DNA of 63,370 nucleotides, the filler included, from Choristocarpus tenellus KU-1152 (taxonomy: Eukaryota; Protista; Phaeophyceae), in NCBI GenBank assembly GCA_964200185.2. It is 7 parts of 7 records of this genome, joined end to end, with 100 filler letters (N's around TTAATTAATTAA, not from the genome) between each part and the next. Parts side by side here need not be neighbours in the genome. Positions count along the whole stretch, not along the records: positions 1 to 17,354 come from CAXNAD020000685.1; 6 more parts are not named here. The stretch is one strand, 5' to 3'. Positions 1 to 11,830 of this stretch are shown here, piece after piece (positions within the stretch are counted from its first letter, which is position 1; the number at the start of each line of letters is the position of its first letter). The notes beneath the pieces were generated by a model. The model searched no databases. It was not told the origin of the DNA and was given only the letters and a program-made list of their open reading frames with translations. The position numbers were made by a program, and so were the translations under genes.

Positions 1-1039
1 CTTAAGCACAAAGATTTGATGTCTGGCAACTAAATAGCACCTGCATAGCATTATCAGCCGTCACTATTGTTGGTGGTACAGTTAAGTTTCCCAAATGAGT
101 TCATTGTAGATCTCTGATTGATGTGGTTGGTACTGCAAGATTGGTGATGTTCATCACTTGGGATTATTATTCTATTTAGTTCATGAGGGACTGAGGAGGG
201 GTGAGGACTGACTCAACCAATGAGGACTTGCAGCATTTCGAACAGAACAAGAGGAAGCGATTGCGTCATGCACAATAGTATATGTACTTGTTCTAGATCA
301 GTGTTTCATGTGTATTTCTATTGGGCGAGCGTTCAGGTAGCATGGGTTTGGGTGCTGGGTCGCTTCATATGACTGTACCTGAGACCACTCTATATAGCTG
401 CGTCAGTGCACCCTACAAAATCGAGGATCTAATTGCACGATTTAACTTCTTACATATTTACCCTTACATGTCCCACCGTCACCGCTACAATGACCCTTCT
501 GCAATAGATACTTCAAAGTGGGAGAAGTCAGACAAACCTAGGCTGCTTTATCTAACATTTTTGATTGAACATGTCGAAGAGAATCATCTATAGATGAATA
601 CACCTCTATGTGATATGTGGTAGTATACTGCACAGTATTGATATGACGCTCCACTAGGAGGCTGCTTTTGTGTATGAACCTACAATGTAGGGTAATAGTT
701 CTCATCAATCCTACATTTTACACATTGCACCTGTGGCCTACATTCTTCTTTTGCTGCTTTACGGGTTCCTGGGAAGTAGTAGTAGATTGTGATATTATGG
801 TGTGGTAAAGAGATTTATGGTTTGGTCTCTAAGAAATGCCATGTGAAAATTGTTGCATGCAGTAGCAGCACTTCCAATATACCTCTGCGATAAATGGGTG
901 AATGTGCTATATAGGCACATCACATCACATGTGTGTGTGGTTGATTTTGCTCTGACTCAGGCTAGTCTGTTCATATGTTCAGGGTATGTGACTTTAGTAC
1001 ACCACTTTGTGAAGATAGTGTCTATTTAATCCCAATTTT

Positions 1040-1214
1040 GGCTCAAAGTATCTGGAGGGGGTGGTGACTGTCCATTTAGGGCCAACCTTTTTATGTTGCG
1101 ATTTTCGGGTGATTTTGTCGCATACGTTAGATGCAAAATGTAAGTGCACTGTTCCTGGTTATGGCTCAAATGGACATTAACTGTGCAGACCATCCCCTCC
1201 AGATACTTTGGGTC
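1040..1214. mobile_element. MITE family B copy 1
   Basis: TIR GGCTCAAAGTATCTGG...CCAGATACTTTGGGTC; flanks TTTT/TCTT; homologous to copies at 8942, 26730, 33450, 57557. Confidence 0.9.
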
Positions 1215-1370
1215 TCTTAGCCTTTCGTGTATCCTGGTGCCCTTCTCTGTCGCAGCCTCTCGTGTTTTTGAGTTACCTCGTGCACTGCTGGTTAGCCGCA
1301 TGATCCACATAGTATACATAAGGTTGACTATCGAAACGTGTACTGAGCTCTACCTTGGTGAGGTTAAGAA

Positions 1371-1628
1371 GAGTGAAAGTATCTTAGAGGGTACGAGTTT
1401 TGCCCAGTTTGTCCATTTGGGACTTGACTTCCCATGGTATTCTTATGACATTTTCCTACTCCTAACCATTTCGGAGTAGGTAAAATATATATGTTATTGA
1501 AAGGTGCGTCCGGAACGAGGGTATTGACACTTCCCAACAAACACGATGGCCAAAACTACATCAAGATCGCAACAATGGGTTTTGGCCCCCAAACGGACGT
1601 GGCTCTACCCTCTAAGATACTTTGACTC
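1371..1628. mobile_element. MITE family A copy 1 (258 bp)
   Basis: ~26-bp TIR GAGTGAAAGTATCTTAGAGGGTACGAG / CTCTACCCTCTAAGATACTTTGACTC; perfect 4-bp TSD AGAA. Confidence 0.95.
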
Positions 1629-1866
1629 AGAAGATAGAATGAGTCAAGGGCATTGCCCATGTTAGAAAGGGTGAGCACGAAAAAAATGGATTAATACCTA
1701 TTTACCTAGAGACAATCCCAAGGATATGTAGCATGCTGAAGAATTCCCCCTTGATATACAGGCTGTGTTGTGCCTTGATCTCAGTATCCTTTGAAGCTGC
1801 ACTTACCGCTTTCAGTTATATTTCCTGATCCGTGGTGAACACACCGCCTTGCATCCATGTTGGCAG

Positions 1867-4800
1867 GAGCTCTACACAGTGTTTTACAGTCAAAAATATT
1901 TTTTGAAGGCACATTTTCCTTCAATGGCAACAGTGGTGAAGATGGAGGTGCTATCTTTATTGAGGACTATGTTGATCCCATAGGCATCGTTGCAAGCTTC
2001 AACGACAACTACGCCACATCCAACGGAGGGGCCATTGTTGCCCAAACTTCAGAGGATCTTTTCTCACTAGTCAAATCAACATTTAGAAACAACTCGGCTG
2101 GAACCTCTGGTGGAGCTTTGTTCTTTGTGTCCCTGGAGAGGTTGTTCATTGAAGAAACTGCCTTCTTGAACAACAGTGCTCAACGTGATGGTGGAGCTGT
2201 GACAACATTTGAGTGTGGTGGAGTGGAGAATACTCGTTATGAGAGTTGCACATTCATTGGAAATGCTGCTGCAAACGATGGTGGGGCGATTTTCACTTCT
2301 GTGAGCATTGATGAAATCCACTCGTCACACTTCTTAGGCAACATTGCAGGTGCTATACATAGGTGTTTTTGTAGATGCCTGTGATCACATGGCATGTACT
2401 TCATGACCTCTGAAGCAGTTATCTTCTAGTGTATTTCCACCACGTGGGATAATCTAACATAAACAGTTGTTTGCTAGGTTGGGAAGAAATGCAACCTACC
2501 ACCTAGGGTGGGAACACCCAACTGAAGAGTAAGTATTTCTTTGTTGAACAGGGACGTCTGGTGGTGCCCTCCTCCAAGGGGGGCTCTTGGCAAATATGAA
2601 CAATTGTGTTTTAGAGGGCAACAAGTCTACTAAAAGAGGGCCTGCTATATTTAATATCGGTTCTAACAAGGAATGGTTCAACAACACGTTTATTGACAAC
2701 ACCTTCGAGTGCATGCCTGGGGAGTACCTGGAGGAGGACTTCAATGCTGCACTGGATGACCTTCCAACGGTGAGATCAAGCAGTGTGCTTTTAGAGATGG
2801 ATTTGTTTCATTCCAAGTGTATGTTGTATTAGTGTTACATCTTTCACACTGAACTGAGTTGGTGTAGCTTTCTGAGGGATGCAAGGCTTGGACCTTTACA
2901 ATGTCATTCGGAAAGACCTGGTTGGCTTAGACCCAATGATTAGGAGAAGGGCTCTATATACCACCATTTCTTCCATCCAGTCACTTCTTCCTACCAAGGT
3001 TGTTTGATGTGTGCGTTTCTCGTATTATGTATTTTTTGGGCTTGTATTTTTTCACTTTCATGCAATTCGAACTAATGGTCTTGTGTTGTTTGAAACACTT
3101 TGTCTTGCCTTTGTGATGTATTGGGTGCTTGTGTGCCTTCATAGAGTTGATGTCAATATGAGCAATGTTTGGCAATATGCAGCTCCGAGAAGTACATAAT
3201 CTTGAAAATACACACCCCAAAAGAGAGAATCGTATCCCCCCTTGTGGATAGGAACATGTCAGAAGAAAGTGCTCAGGACGTTACCAAACATTCCTCATCT
3301 GAGGTTATTCAAACTTAAGGTGGGCATGACTCAATGATGATTGTGTCTACGATATAAATGTTGTTGTATTTGAAGAAGTTGTATGTTGTGAGCCATGTCG
3401 GTTGATCTCAATTGGTTTGAGGTGTTCAGCATATCCGAAACCTGTTTTAAAATGCTTAGTACTTCAGATAGTGCTAAAATTCAGTCCTGGATAATCCAGA
3501 AGCCGCTTTTGTAGGATTTTGGACAGACTTTGCATGGCTTTGTCTCTTACTTTGCACAAATGTCTTGCGCTTCATCAATATTAGCAGAAGTATCATGATA
3601 GAATTATTGGACTCTTCCTCCATTCAGAATGAAATGTAACACAGCTTAAGCAGTCCAGATGAAGACAAAAAATTCTCTTTCACATGTTCATCTTTTAGGA
3701 GTATATTGTGTAGACACTAAAGGGTTACCCACCAAAATCTCAAGCAACATGTGGCAGTCTGTTCAGGGCGAGCTTGCCCACCTTCTCAGTCTTTTCTTTG
3801 CTAAGATCGGGAATTTTGAGAACACTCTCATCCTTGGACCCCAGCACTTCTAAGTAGACTGCGAAGAGTCTCTCCCAGATGCTCTCTAGTGTCTCCCACG
3901 GGTACACATTGAACGCCTTCATTGTGGCCTTCTCCAGCCCCTCTGTGTTGGTCGCCCCCACCTCTTCCTTCTTTTACCGAATGGAATGGAAGAACCCAGG
4001 TTGTTGACATTGAGCCCAGGTGGGTTGGCTGGCGGGTGGTCTCTATCTCAATGTCGCCCCCCACCACCTCCTTGGTTGCCTCCATGATCCCCCCCTTGGT
4101 GTGTGGCTTTCTCCCATCATACTGCACAAAGTTTGTGTCTTTCTGACCTAGGCAAGCAGGCCATGATTGCTGAGATGATATCCTTGATCATGAGGTTCTC
4201 AGACCTCTCCCCGTCCACCGTGGCTGGCACAAGCACCTAAGTGCCCTTTGGGGCAATATTATTGGAGTACTGAGCGACTCTAGTGTCCACGATTGGCCAG
4301 ATCCCGATTTCCCGTCGAACCACACCTCATTGGAAAGCTTCTTAGTGAGGGCCACGGCTGCAAGGAAATTCACCTTTGTAACGTAATACTTATTCTGTGC
4401 CCAGGGGGGTTTGGGGGGGTCCTCGTTGGGGTGCAGATACACACTACACACCTTGCCCATCTTTGAGGATATTAAGACATTTCTCATCCACATGACCCAG
4501 CCATCTATATCGTCCACAAATATCCCACTTCTCCTTCTCTTTGTGTGTATGGTTGATGATGCAACCCAACCTTTTGGCTTTCTGCTGGTCTGGTAGGACT
4601 GGCTTAATCCACCACTTGAACTTCTTCACCTCTCACACTTGTACAGATCTCATAATCAGGGAAGGGAAACCCAAGCTTTGGCTACCCATTTTTGGAAGGA
4701 TGTGTGGTGTACTGATGGGGATATCCCAAATGTCGAGGATACTTGTTCATGCATTTGCCCCATGCAATCTGACTGTTATATTCCTTTGCATGATGGAACA

Positions 4801-7800
4801 CGGAGATTTGGGAAACTCCAAAGTCCTCTACGATGACTGCTGCTCTCCCCCGGGGCATCTGAGTCTCATGCCCTCTCACCTCCAGGTGTCGCGCCACCAA
4901 ACTGTTTTTTGTCAGGGTGTTTGAATCCTGCCTGACCTTAGACAGAATTCTGGGCCGAAGAATTAGGACTGACTGGCGACCGTGGAATGAGTAAATCGCT
5001 TGATTGATGGAGGCCCTTCATCCTAGTCATCCCATTAAGCACCCACATTGACAGTTACACAAGGTTTTTGAATCCCATCCAATGGGACTTAGTCAACTTT
5101 ACACTGTTGATCCTCCACAGTCATGACAATCCACAAATTTTGCACGCCTCCCAATCTATATGAGAAGTATGCCTCATCCAGTGGGGTAATCACTGTGACT
5201 GTTCGCGGGCGAGGGTGGAGCTTGAAAAGTTTATACTACATTTTATTCCCAGCAGAGGAAGTGTGGGTTAGGTCTTACAGAATGTGTCTATTGCAGAGTT
5301 CTTCGGAATCAATCCAAGCAATATGTGTATGACACTTTTGCAAAGCACTCTGTATGGTGTTAAGGGGCATCTGTTGTTTTTGGCACAGCAATTGGAGTGG
5401 TGTAGACTAACTCTCTGATGCTGCATGAGGCTACAAAATGATGGCACTGTTTTCCAGTGCGAAACGAAGTCTTGGCTGTCCTTGCTGGTGACTAATTTTT
5501 TTTCTTGGTTTAATTCATTAGAAGTATATTAGCAGGGCTAGAGCATGACATTTATGTGATATTGACCAAACCAACCGACCAGTTTTCGTTCAGCCTCTAA
5601 CCTTTTGCATGTTGACTATGCAACAAATTTACTAAGTCATTGCAGGCTGCAACTTAACATCACGTTCTCACCTGTACTTCAACTATAATTATAGAACAGT
5701 TTCTGGTACTCATTCACCTCCAGCAATAGAAAGGGTATTTTGAGAACCAGGTGTTGGTAGGCTGTGAGGGACATCTGGAGGACGCTTTTTCAAAGGAGGC
5801 GATGCTGATATTTTCATCAGGGAGAGGGTGTTGTGCGGTGAAGGCATTCCATTGTCAAAATATTGCAGTTGTAATATTTTCCTATTGGTGGAGGTCCTCC
5901 TTTTCGTGCCCATGCCTGCTACCTCCTGATCCGTGAATTCCTCAAAGCACACCTCAGAGACACAGACCAGTACTTATGAGTTCACCTTCAAGCCATCCTG
6001 TCATTAAAAGTGTGACTTGTTTTGTTGCCTTTTCTCGATGAAATTTGCTTTGTTTAATCCGCACTCACTATTTGCAGGCTTCTTGTACATTGACAGAAGA
6101 GGCTGGCCTTAGCCGTTATGGAGTGGTATGTGATGGCTGCCCCAGCTTGTGCAACAGCTGCACAGCTAGCATCGATATCCCATCATGTTGTGCAGTGATG
6201 GAAAATACACTTGCTGAAGACAGTGGAGTACGCTTATCCACACTGAGCCTGGCGAAAGGATACTGGCGTGCATCAAGCACCAGCAGAGAAATTCGTGCGT
6301 GCTACAACACTGCAGCATGTGATGGGGGTTCCACTGTTGGGAAATATTGCAGTGTGGGCTATACTGGACCGTGTGAGTACACCCTGATGTTAAAAAATCC
6401 GCGTTTTATTTTCTCCAATAAGAAGAGGGCGTGGGATGCAGTACAAAGAGCAGCAGCAATGCCTCTATTTGTTCATGGAGTCCATGAGATTCATTTACTG
6501 TAACTTTACCCTACCTCAATACCGTTCATCTTGATCATGATCGTTCTTCCACTTTACTTGTAGGTATTACTTCTCAACATCCTTTGAAATTTTATAATTG
6601 CAAAGCTGAGCAGACCTTTCCAATCCCCTAAATCAACCCTGTGTGTGGGTTGCAGAGCAAAGTGAACCACTGTTCATGTTTTTTGTCTGCTGTTTTGACG
6701 TGTCCATATAGGGCAAGCCCAAAAATATTTGCTGTCCCTTACTGGTTAGGAACTAGCTTGACTGATTGTGTTGACAATGCCGCACACTTTTGATATGTAT
6801 CCATGATGCACACTCTGCTATACCTACTGTGGAAAAAAAAACAAATGAAGTATTTTAGAGATATGTATGTATATATATATATATATATAATTGATTTGCT
6901 GACTGTAACGTTTCTTTCTTGTATATGTACATTTGCTTTGTTGTGGGTGTTCTGTTGGCAGCTGCAACTATTGGTATAACATAGTAATGTCATAGCAAGG
7001 CCTTGCGTGAATGTCCAGTGATGTTTATCCGTAGATGTAGGTTGCATAGTAGTCAAAACTTCAAATTAGTGGAGAACTTTTGAAGCTAACAACTAACCCT
7101 TCCATGTGTCATAAGTGTGCCAATTGTCTTCATTTCTCAATCCCTTCCATCCTTAGGGTAAGGAAGAACCTCGCTCTCATTTTACTCGGTAGTCCTGTTG
7201 ATGTTGTTGATAGCTGCAGATCCTTAGTTGCGTGTTCTCAAGTAGATACTTGAAAAACCTAAGACATTCAAAAGTAACTGACAGGGTGGTCTGCTGAGTT
7301 TCAGCGGCCCTCTGTCTTCCAGATGTCACCATTTTTTGCATTTGGAGCACTAGGTCCGCATCTGTGGAGGGCGTTTTGGCTTGTTTTTTTCTATATTTTG
7401 TTTCCAGGAGCAAGTTATCCTTGTTGAAGTCCTTTTTTTTATGTGCCCATCTTCTTTCAGCAACAAGGAAAATATCTCTTGAAATCCAAAACGGCCAACA
7501 CACACACCCCACTCACCTCAGGTTATTTTTACTCTTAACCTCAAGAGTGATGTTGTAGAGTATGAAGACTAGGGAACAGCACATTAGACTCTCTGAATAT
7601 AATTAATCTTGCTCACAGTTAGGAGTATTGATGTTAGGAATGCCAACAAAGTAGCTATGCTAGCCATCAATACTTACTGACTCCTCTGGATCAGTTTGGT
7701 TTAGCCCAAACGTCTTTTTGTAATTAGTTGAATCAATGATGAAATCACATCTGCCCTAAGTACTACTAATAATGAGCTCAATAGGAAATTAAAGATAAGT

Positions 7801-10800
7801 ATACAAGGTGCCAAGTAATCTTTAAGCAAAATGTATGCAAAGATTTCATGTGTACTAGACCATACTCGTTGGAGGAACTCTTGTGGCATGCAGATACGAA
7901 ACCTTCCATAAGCAAGAAGCCCCTGAAAACAAACACAAACTACTTCCCCCATTGTTGAGGGAGGGAAGGAGATTGAGCACTCGTTATTATCAACAAAATT
8001 AGCAGCCAAGTCTCCACCAGTAGAATAGCATATGTCTCTCCTCAACACAAAGAAAACAATAGATACATGAGCTCTAGTGATGGTACTATGTAGTACAAGA
8101 ACATCTTCACTACAAGGAAGTCTTGCACTCCATTGAATGTGCCAAAATACCTTTTGCTAAAAATATAACCCTTTCTGGACCTGCTTTTTCTCATCTCTGG
8201 ACTATTGTCATACATACTGACCTAATAATGTGGAACTCATTGTAAATGTATCCCAGTCTGTGCTGTGTGCGAGGAGGACTATGCCGCAGGTTTGTCCTAT
8301 ACCTGTCACCAGTGCAACAGCACAGAGACTACGTTCTTTTTGGCGTTAGCAATTCTGGTTGTGTTTTTGGTTGCTGCAATCGGTGCCTTCACCTTCTGGG
8401 ACTATGTGACTGCGAAGGGCCACAACATGAGGAAGTTCACAAGTTGGATGCATATACTTCCCTTCCAACGGGTCAAGATACTGGTGGTTGTCTGGCAGAT
8501 CATTACCCAGGTGCAGTCCCATCAGATTTCTTGTGTGTGCGATGGCATTTTCATTTCTTGTCCCCTAGTCTCTACTAAATAATCATTGTAAACGAGAGGT
8601 ACCCACAGTCGCATTTTAAGTATAGTGACAAGTATGTGTAAAATGCAACTTTTTTTACAACTGCGTATAGTATCCTTTCTGAAGTCTGTAGAAGAGTCTT
8701 TAAAACAGAGAAATTGACATGATCAAGTCAAACTCAGCACTTCATCCATAGAATATAGGTGAACTGCGAAAGATTGAAGAACTGGCTTAAAATGCAAAAC
8801 GACCAAAACTTGGTTAACTCTTGTTTACTTTGACTCAAATATTTGTATTCATGCATTTTTAGTACCTCATGTATGTTGGGGCACTCTAGGCAAGAGTTAT
8901 GCCCTTTTACTATTCCTTGACCCTTCAGAGCTCCATACAATGGCCCAAAGTATGTTGGGGGGTGGGGAGGTGAGGGTCTACACCAAGGTGTCCATTCGGT
9001 CCCTGACCAGGAGAAGTGAGTGCACTTACGTTATCCATCCAACACATGGAACCAAACCACCCAAAAATTGTGACATGGAGAAATGGACCCCAAATGGACA
9101 ACCACCACCCTCCCCGGGATACTTTGAGAGTAAAAGTATGTTAGAGGGTATGGGTTTTTCCTTGGTTGTCCATTTGGGGGTTGGCTTCCCAACGGGTTTT
9201 TAATGACATTTTACCTACTCCAAAATGTTTCGGAATAGGTAAAATGTATACGTCATGAAAAGGTGTGTCTGGAACAAGGATGTGGAAACTTCCTAACAAA
9301 CACGATAGCCAAAATTACATCAAAATCGCAACATTGGATTTTGGCCCCATATGGACGAGGCTCTACCCTCTAAGATAATTTGACTCTTGAGCCAATTTTT
9401 TACTTAGGTGAATGAGTAAGTTTGAATGACGTAATTGTGTGTAGCCGAGGATTACAGGATGTGGACATGAGATAGTTCACGAAATTGTGCTATTTACTAG
9501 GTGATGTAATCTAACCAGTTCTCACCTCCTTCAAGGTGTGTCGCAAACGCTGTGTCTTTTGTCAATTCGTATGGGATATGTGCTATGAAGTTCTGTGTGT
9601 TGTTGAGTAGGGATCCTACACAAACTTGATACCTTTGACACCCTGTAAGTCCTTACCATCATAACTATGGTACCACTCTCCTCTATATTGTTACGCATAA
9701 CCTATATATAGCACTTCCAATCATCACTGGATGTCCAGGTGGTAACTTGCGGACACATGTATAGCTGATGCTATAAGGGACCTGCTATTAACCAGAATCA
9801 TCTCTCCTACCTCCCCCACTCACAGTTTTCATCTCTGGCTAATGCTTCTTTCCCAGAAGTGTATGAGCGCTTCCTGAATACTGTGGATGTGATCAATTTC
9901 GACATTGGCTGGATCATGTCCGTCTCATGCATTGCAGACACTACCTTCTACTTTCGTCTCTTCTTTTCGACCCTTGGACCTCTTGTGGTTCTATCAGTAC
10001 TGGCCGTTATATTTTTGATTGCCTGGAAAAGGAAGGAGGAATCAACAGGAATCACAACTGTGATGCAGACCTGCATAGGTGCCGCCCTGCTCCTGACTTT
10101 CCTCATCTACTCCTCTGTCTCAGCAAACGTTTTTCGTACATTTGTTTGTGACGAAGTTGATTCAGACTCTGGCCAGCTGTGGTATCTTCGAGCTGACCAC
10201 AGGCTTGAGTGCTTTACACCTCAGCACCATATAGCTCAAGTATACAGTGGGTTTATGATCTTCGTTTACCCTGTGGGTATTCCATTATCCTACGCCTTGT
10301 TGATATTCCGAAATGCTGATTTGCTCAAGGCATCAGATTCCGAGAGACAGTCCAACCCTCAATTGAGTACTTTTAAAAGTCTATGGAAACCCTACAAACA
10401 GAACTGTTTCTATTATGAGGTAGTAGACTGTTTTCGACGTCTTCTCTTAACAGGCTTAGTTGTATTCATTTACCCGAACACTGTGGCACAGATAGCCATC
10501 ACTGTAATGATAGCACTTCTATTTTTGGTCCTGTCAGAGATCTTGCGCCCGTATGAGAATATTTTCGACTCCTGGTTAGCCCGCTCTGGTCATATTATTG
10601 TGTTTCTGAGCCTGTATTTAGCTCTCCTTTCAAAAGCTGATACAACAGGAGACGAAGGCAACAGCAGAGAGGTACTTGCAGTTGTCTTGGTTGTGGTGCA
10701 TTGTGCCATGATTGCTGCCATTGTGGTAGAATCTGTGCTGGTTGCAGTTGCAGGGTGTAGAACTGTGGAGGAAGACAAATCTGCACGGCGCCTACCTGAG

Positions 10801-10866
10801 CAGTGGGACAGCTCTAGTGCAATTGGTGTGGTCGTATCAGAAAGTCCAAAGACTAGAGAATTCTGA
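1867..10866 (+). CDS. Receptor/adhesin-like protein: polymorphic-membrane-protein (beta-helix) repeats + Cys-rich region + C-terminal multi-pass TM domain; 5'-incomplete. Exons 1867-2349, 2552-2769, 6078-6372, 8257-8510, 9826-10866
   Basis: All five exons have AG/GT borders and compatible phases (1,1,0,1,0). Exons 1-2 carry repeated FxxNxAxxxGGA(I/L/V) motifs (FNGNSGEDGGAIF, FRNNSAGTSGGALF, FIGNAAANDGGAIF). Exons 3-4 have GYWRASS..C..C..GYTGPFCAVC. The last exon has several hydrophobic helices with YLRADHRLEC, YYEVVDCFRRLLLTG and RPY motifs typical of algal/protist PMP-repeat TM proteins. No start exon was found in the window. Confidence 0.9.
3740..4900 (-). mobile_element. Decayed Tc1/mariner transposase (plant-mariner/DD39D-like) in intron 2 of the receptor gene
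   Basis: Frameshifted fragments carry HVDEKC (cf. HVDEKWF), YVTKVNFLAAVA (cf. ITKVMFLAAVA), WFDGK, QYDGRKPH (cf. QQDNAKPH) and a degenerate QP..SPDLNVLDLG block. TIRs were not resolved. Confidence 0.8.
5769..5930 (+). pseudogene. Degenerate duplicate of exon 2 of the receptor gene (cryptic exon in intron 2)
   Basis: Begins ag|GG ACA TCT GGA GGA versus exon 2 ag|GG ACG TCT GGT GGT (same phase). A second match TTCGTGCCCATGCCTG vs TTCGAGTGCATGCCTG lies at similar spacing. An in-frame TGA follows. Confidence 0.5.
8590..8874. mobile_element. MITE family C copy 1
   Basis: Starts AAACGAGAGGTACCC and ends with a degenerate GTACCTC; internal AACTCAGCACTTCATCCATAGAA matches the reverse complement of ~21190-21215. 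Confidence 0.65.
8942..9393. mobile_element. MITE family B copy 2, interrupted in its right TIR by a family A MITE
   Basis: GGCCCAAAGTATG... start; the right TIR GATACTTTGA|GCC is split by the element at 9128-9386. Confidence 0.9.
9128..9386. mobile_element. MITE family A copy 2 (nested in B)
   Basis: Family A TIRs; perfect TSD TTGA (9124-9127 / 9387-9390). Confidence 0.92.
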
Positions 10867-11214
10867 CAGGGGACAATCGAGATATGTAGACTGTGACTCT
10901 GTAAGGGGTCTCCGAGTAGGTACGCCTTTACCCTGCCATGTTGAGAGTTTCCTGATCTGGACTCATTTTTTGTGTGTTGTGTATCTCCATCAAAGGAGTG
11001 AGTTACAATTGACAGTAAGTTAGATCGTATTTCTGTGGTGTAACCTCCATTTGTTCTGCGACTGTTGTGCTCAAATCCTTCATTGTCCTACAAGTGCTAC
11101 GGAACTAACATTTGTTGAGCTTTTACGTCTGTTATCTTGTGAACACCCTTGAAATATCATTTCATATTTAGTTTCTGGAGAGCTTTGTGCAACAGTACAA
11201 GCACACTGATAAGC

Positions 11215-11830
11215 ATGTTTAGCTTGGAGGCTCAATCAGTGATGATGCTGCAGATATTATTACCATTGTCATCAACAAGAGGATCCAAGGGGGACGAGGA
11301 GATACTTTTTGCACAATACAGGAAAGGCTGTGTATAGCTGCATCATGCGGACACTCAGTGAGGACTCCTATACCCAGCTTCATATCCTGCACCGCAAAGT
11401 CTCCCATTGCTGCATCAGGTTCCGCAAACAGGGGGTAAAGATCATAGCCTTTCCTTCATACAGGGAAAAAATAATGAGAAATGGGGGTGAGAGCGCATTG
11501 AGTCAATTACACACCAACGGAGGCCGATATTTGTGATTTATGTGGCGCACATGGGCAATATTTGCTTACCCAAGAACTTGGCGTATGAGGAGCTTCCAGC
11601 TGAGAAACTGAAGGGGGCAACTGTTGCAGGATCCCATAAAAGGTTGTGGTTGTGCCTCTGAGAGACGTTCAGTGCTTCTGGACTACAGATGAAGAATGGG
11701 GTTTAATTATAGAAATCCCCCAAACAGGTGGTACGCTACAGGTGTGTAGAGGATGGAGCCAAACACTCCTTGGATGTCTGACATACTGTTGGGCCTGATG
11801 CAGCAAAAGTGTTCACTGTCGCAAAACACA
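11215..11830 (+). mobile_element. Decayed 3' part of an RTE-type LINE reverse transcriptase
   Basis: Fragments LGGSISDDA, YSCIMRTLSEDSYTQLHILHRK..CCIRFRK..SYRE..GGES and MGN..LPKNLAYEEL resemble the post-RT C-terminus of RTE LINEs (LYGCxTW..HH..LRCIG..SY.E..ESIE..RLPK..FGEL); many frameshifts and stops. Confidence 0.7.

Noticed and set aside
1026-1479. Short ORFs sharing peptides such as QSILEG, NGQPPPP and RYF (also 8940, 15144, 26706, 33317, 57821)
   Set aside because: The shared peptides come from MITE A/B sequence, not from a protein family.
1857-2384. Bacterial (Chlamydia Pmp/autotransporter) contamination or recent HGT
   Set aside because: The repeats lie in spliced exons with canonical introns, joined to a eukaryotic multi-TM domain; there is no autotransporter barrel.
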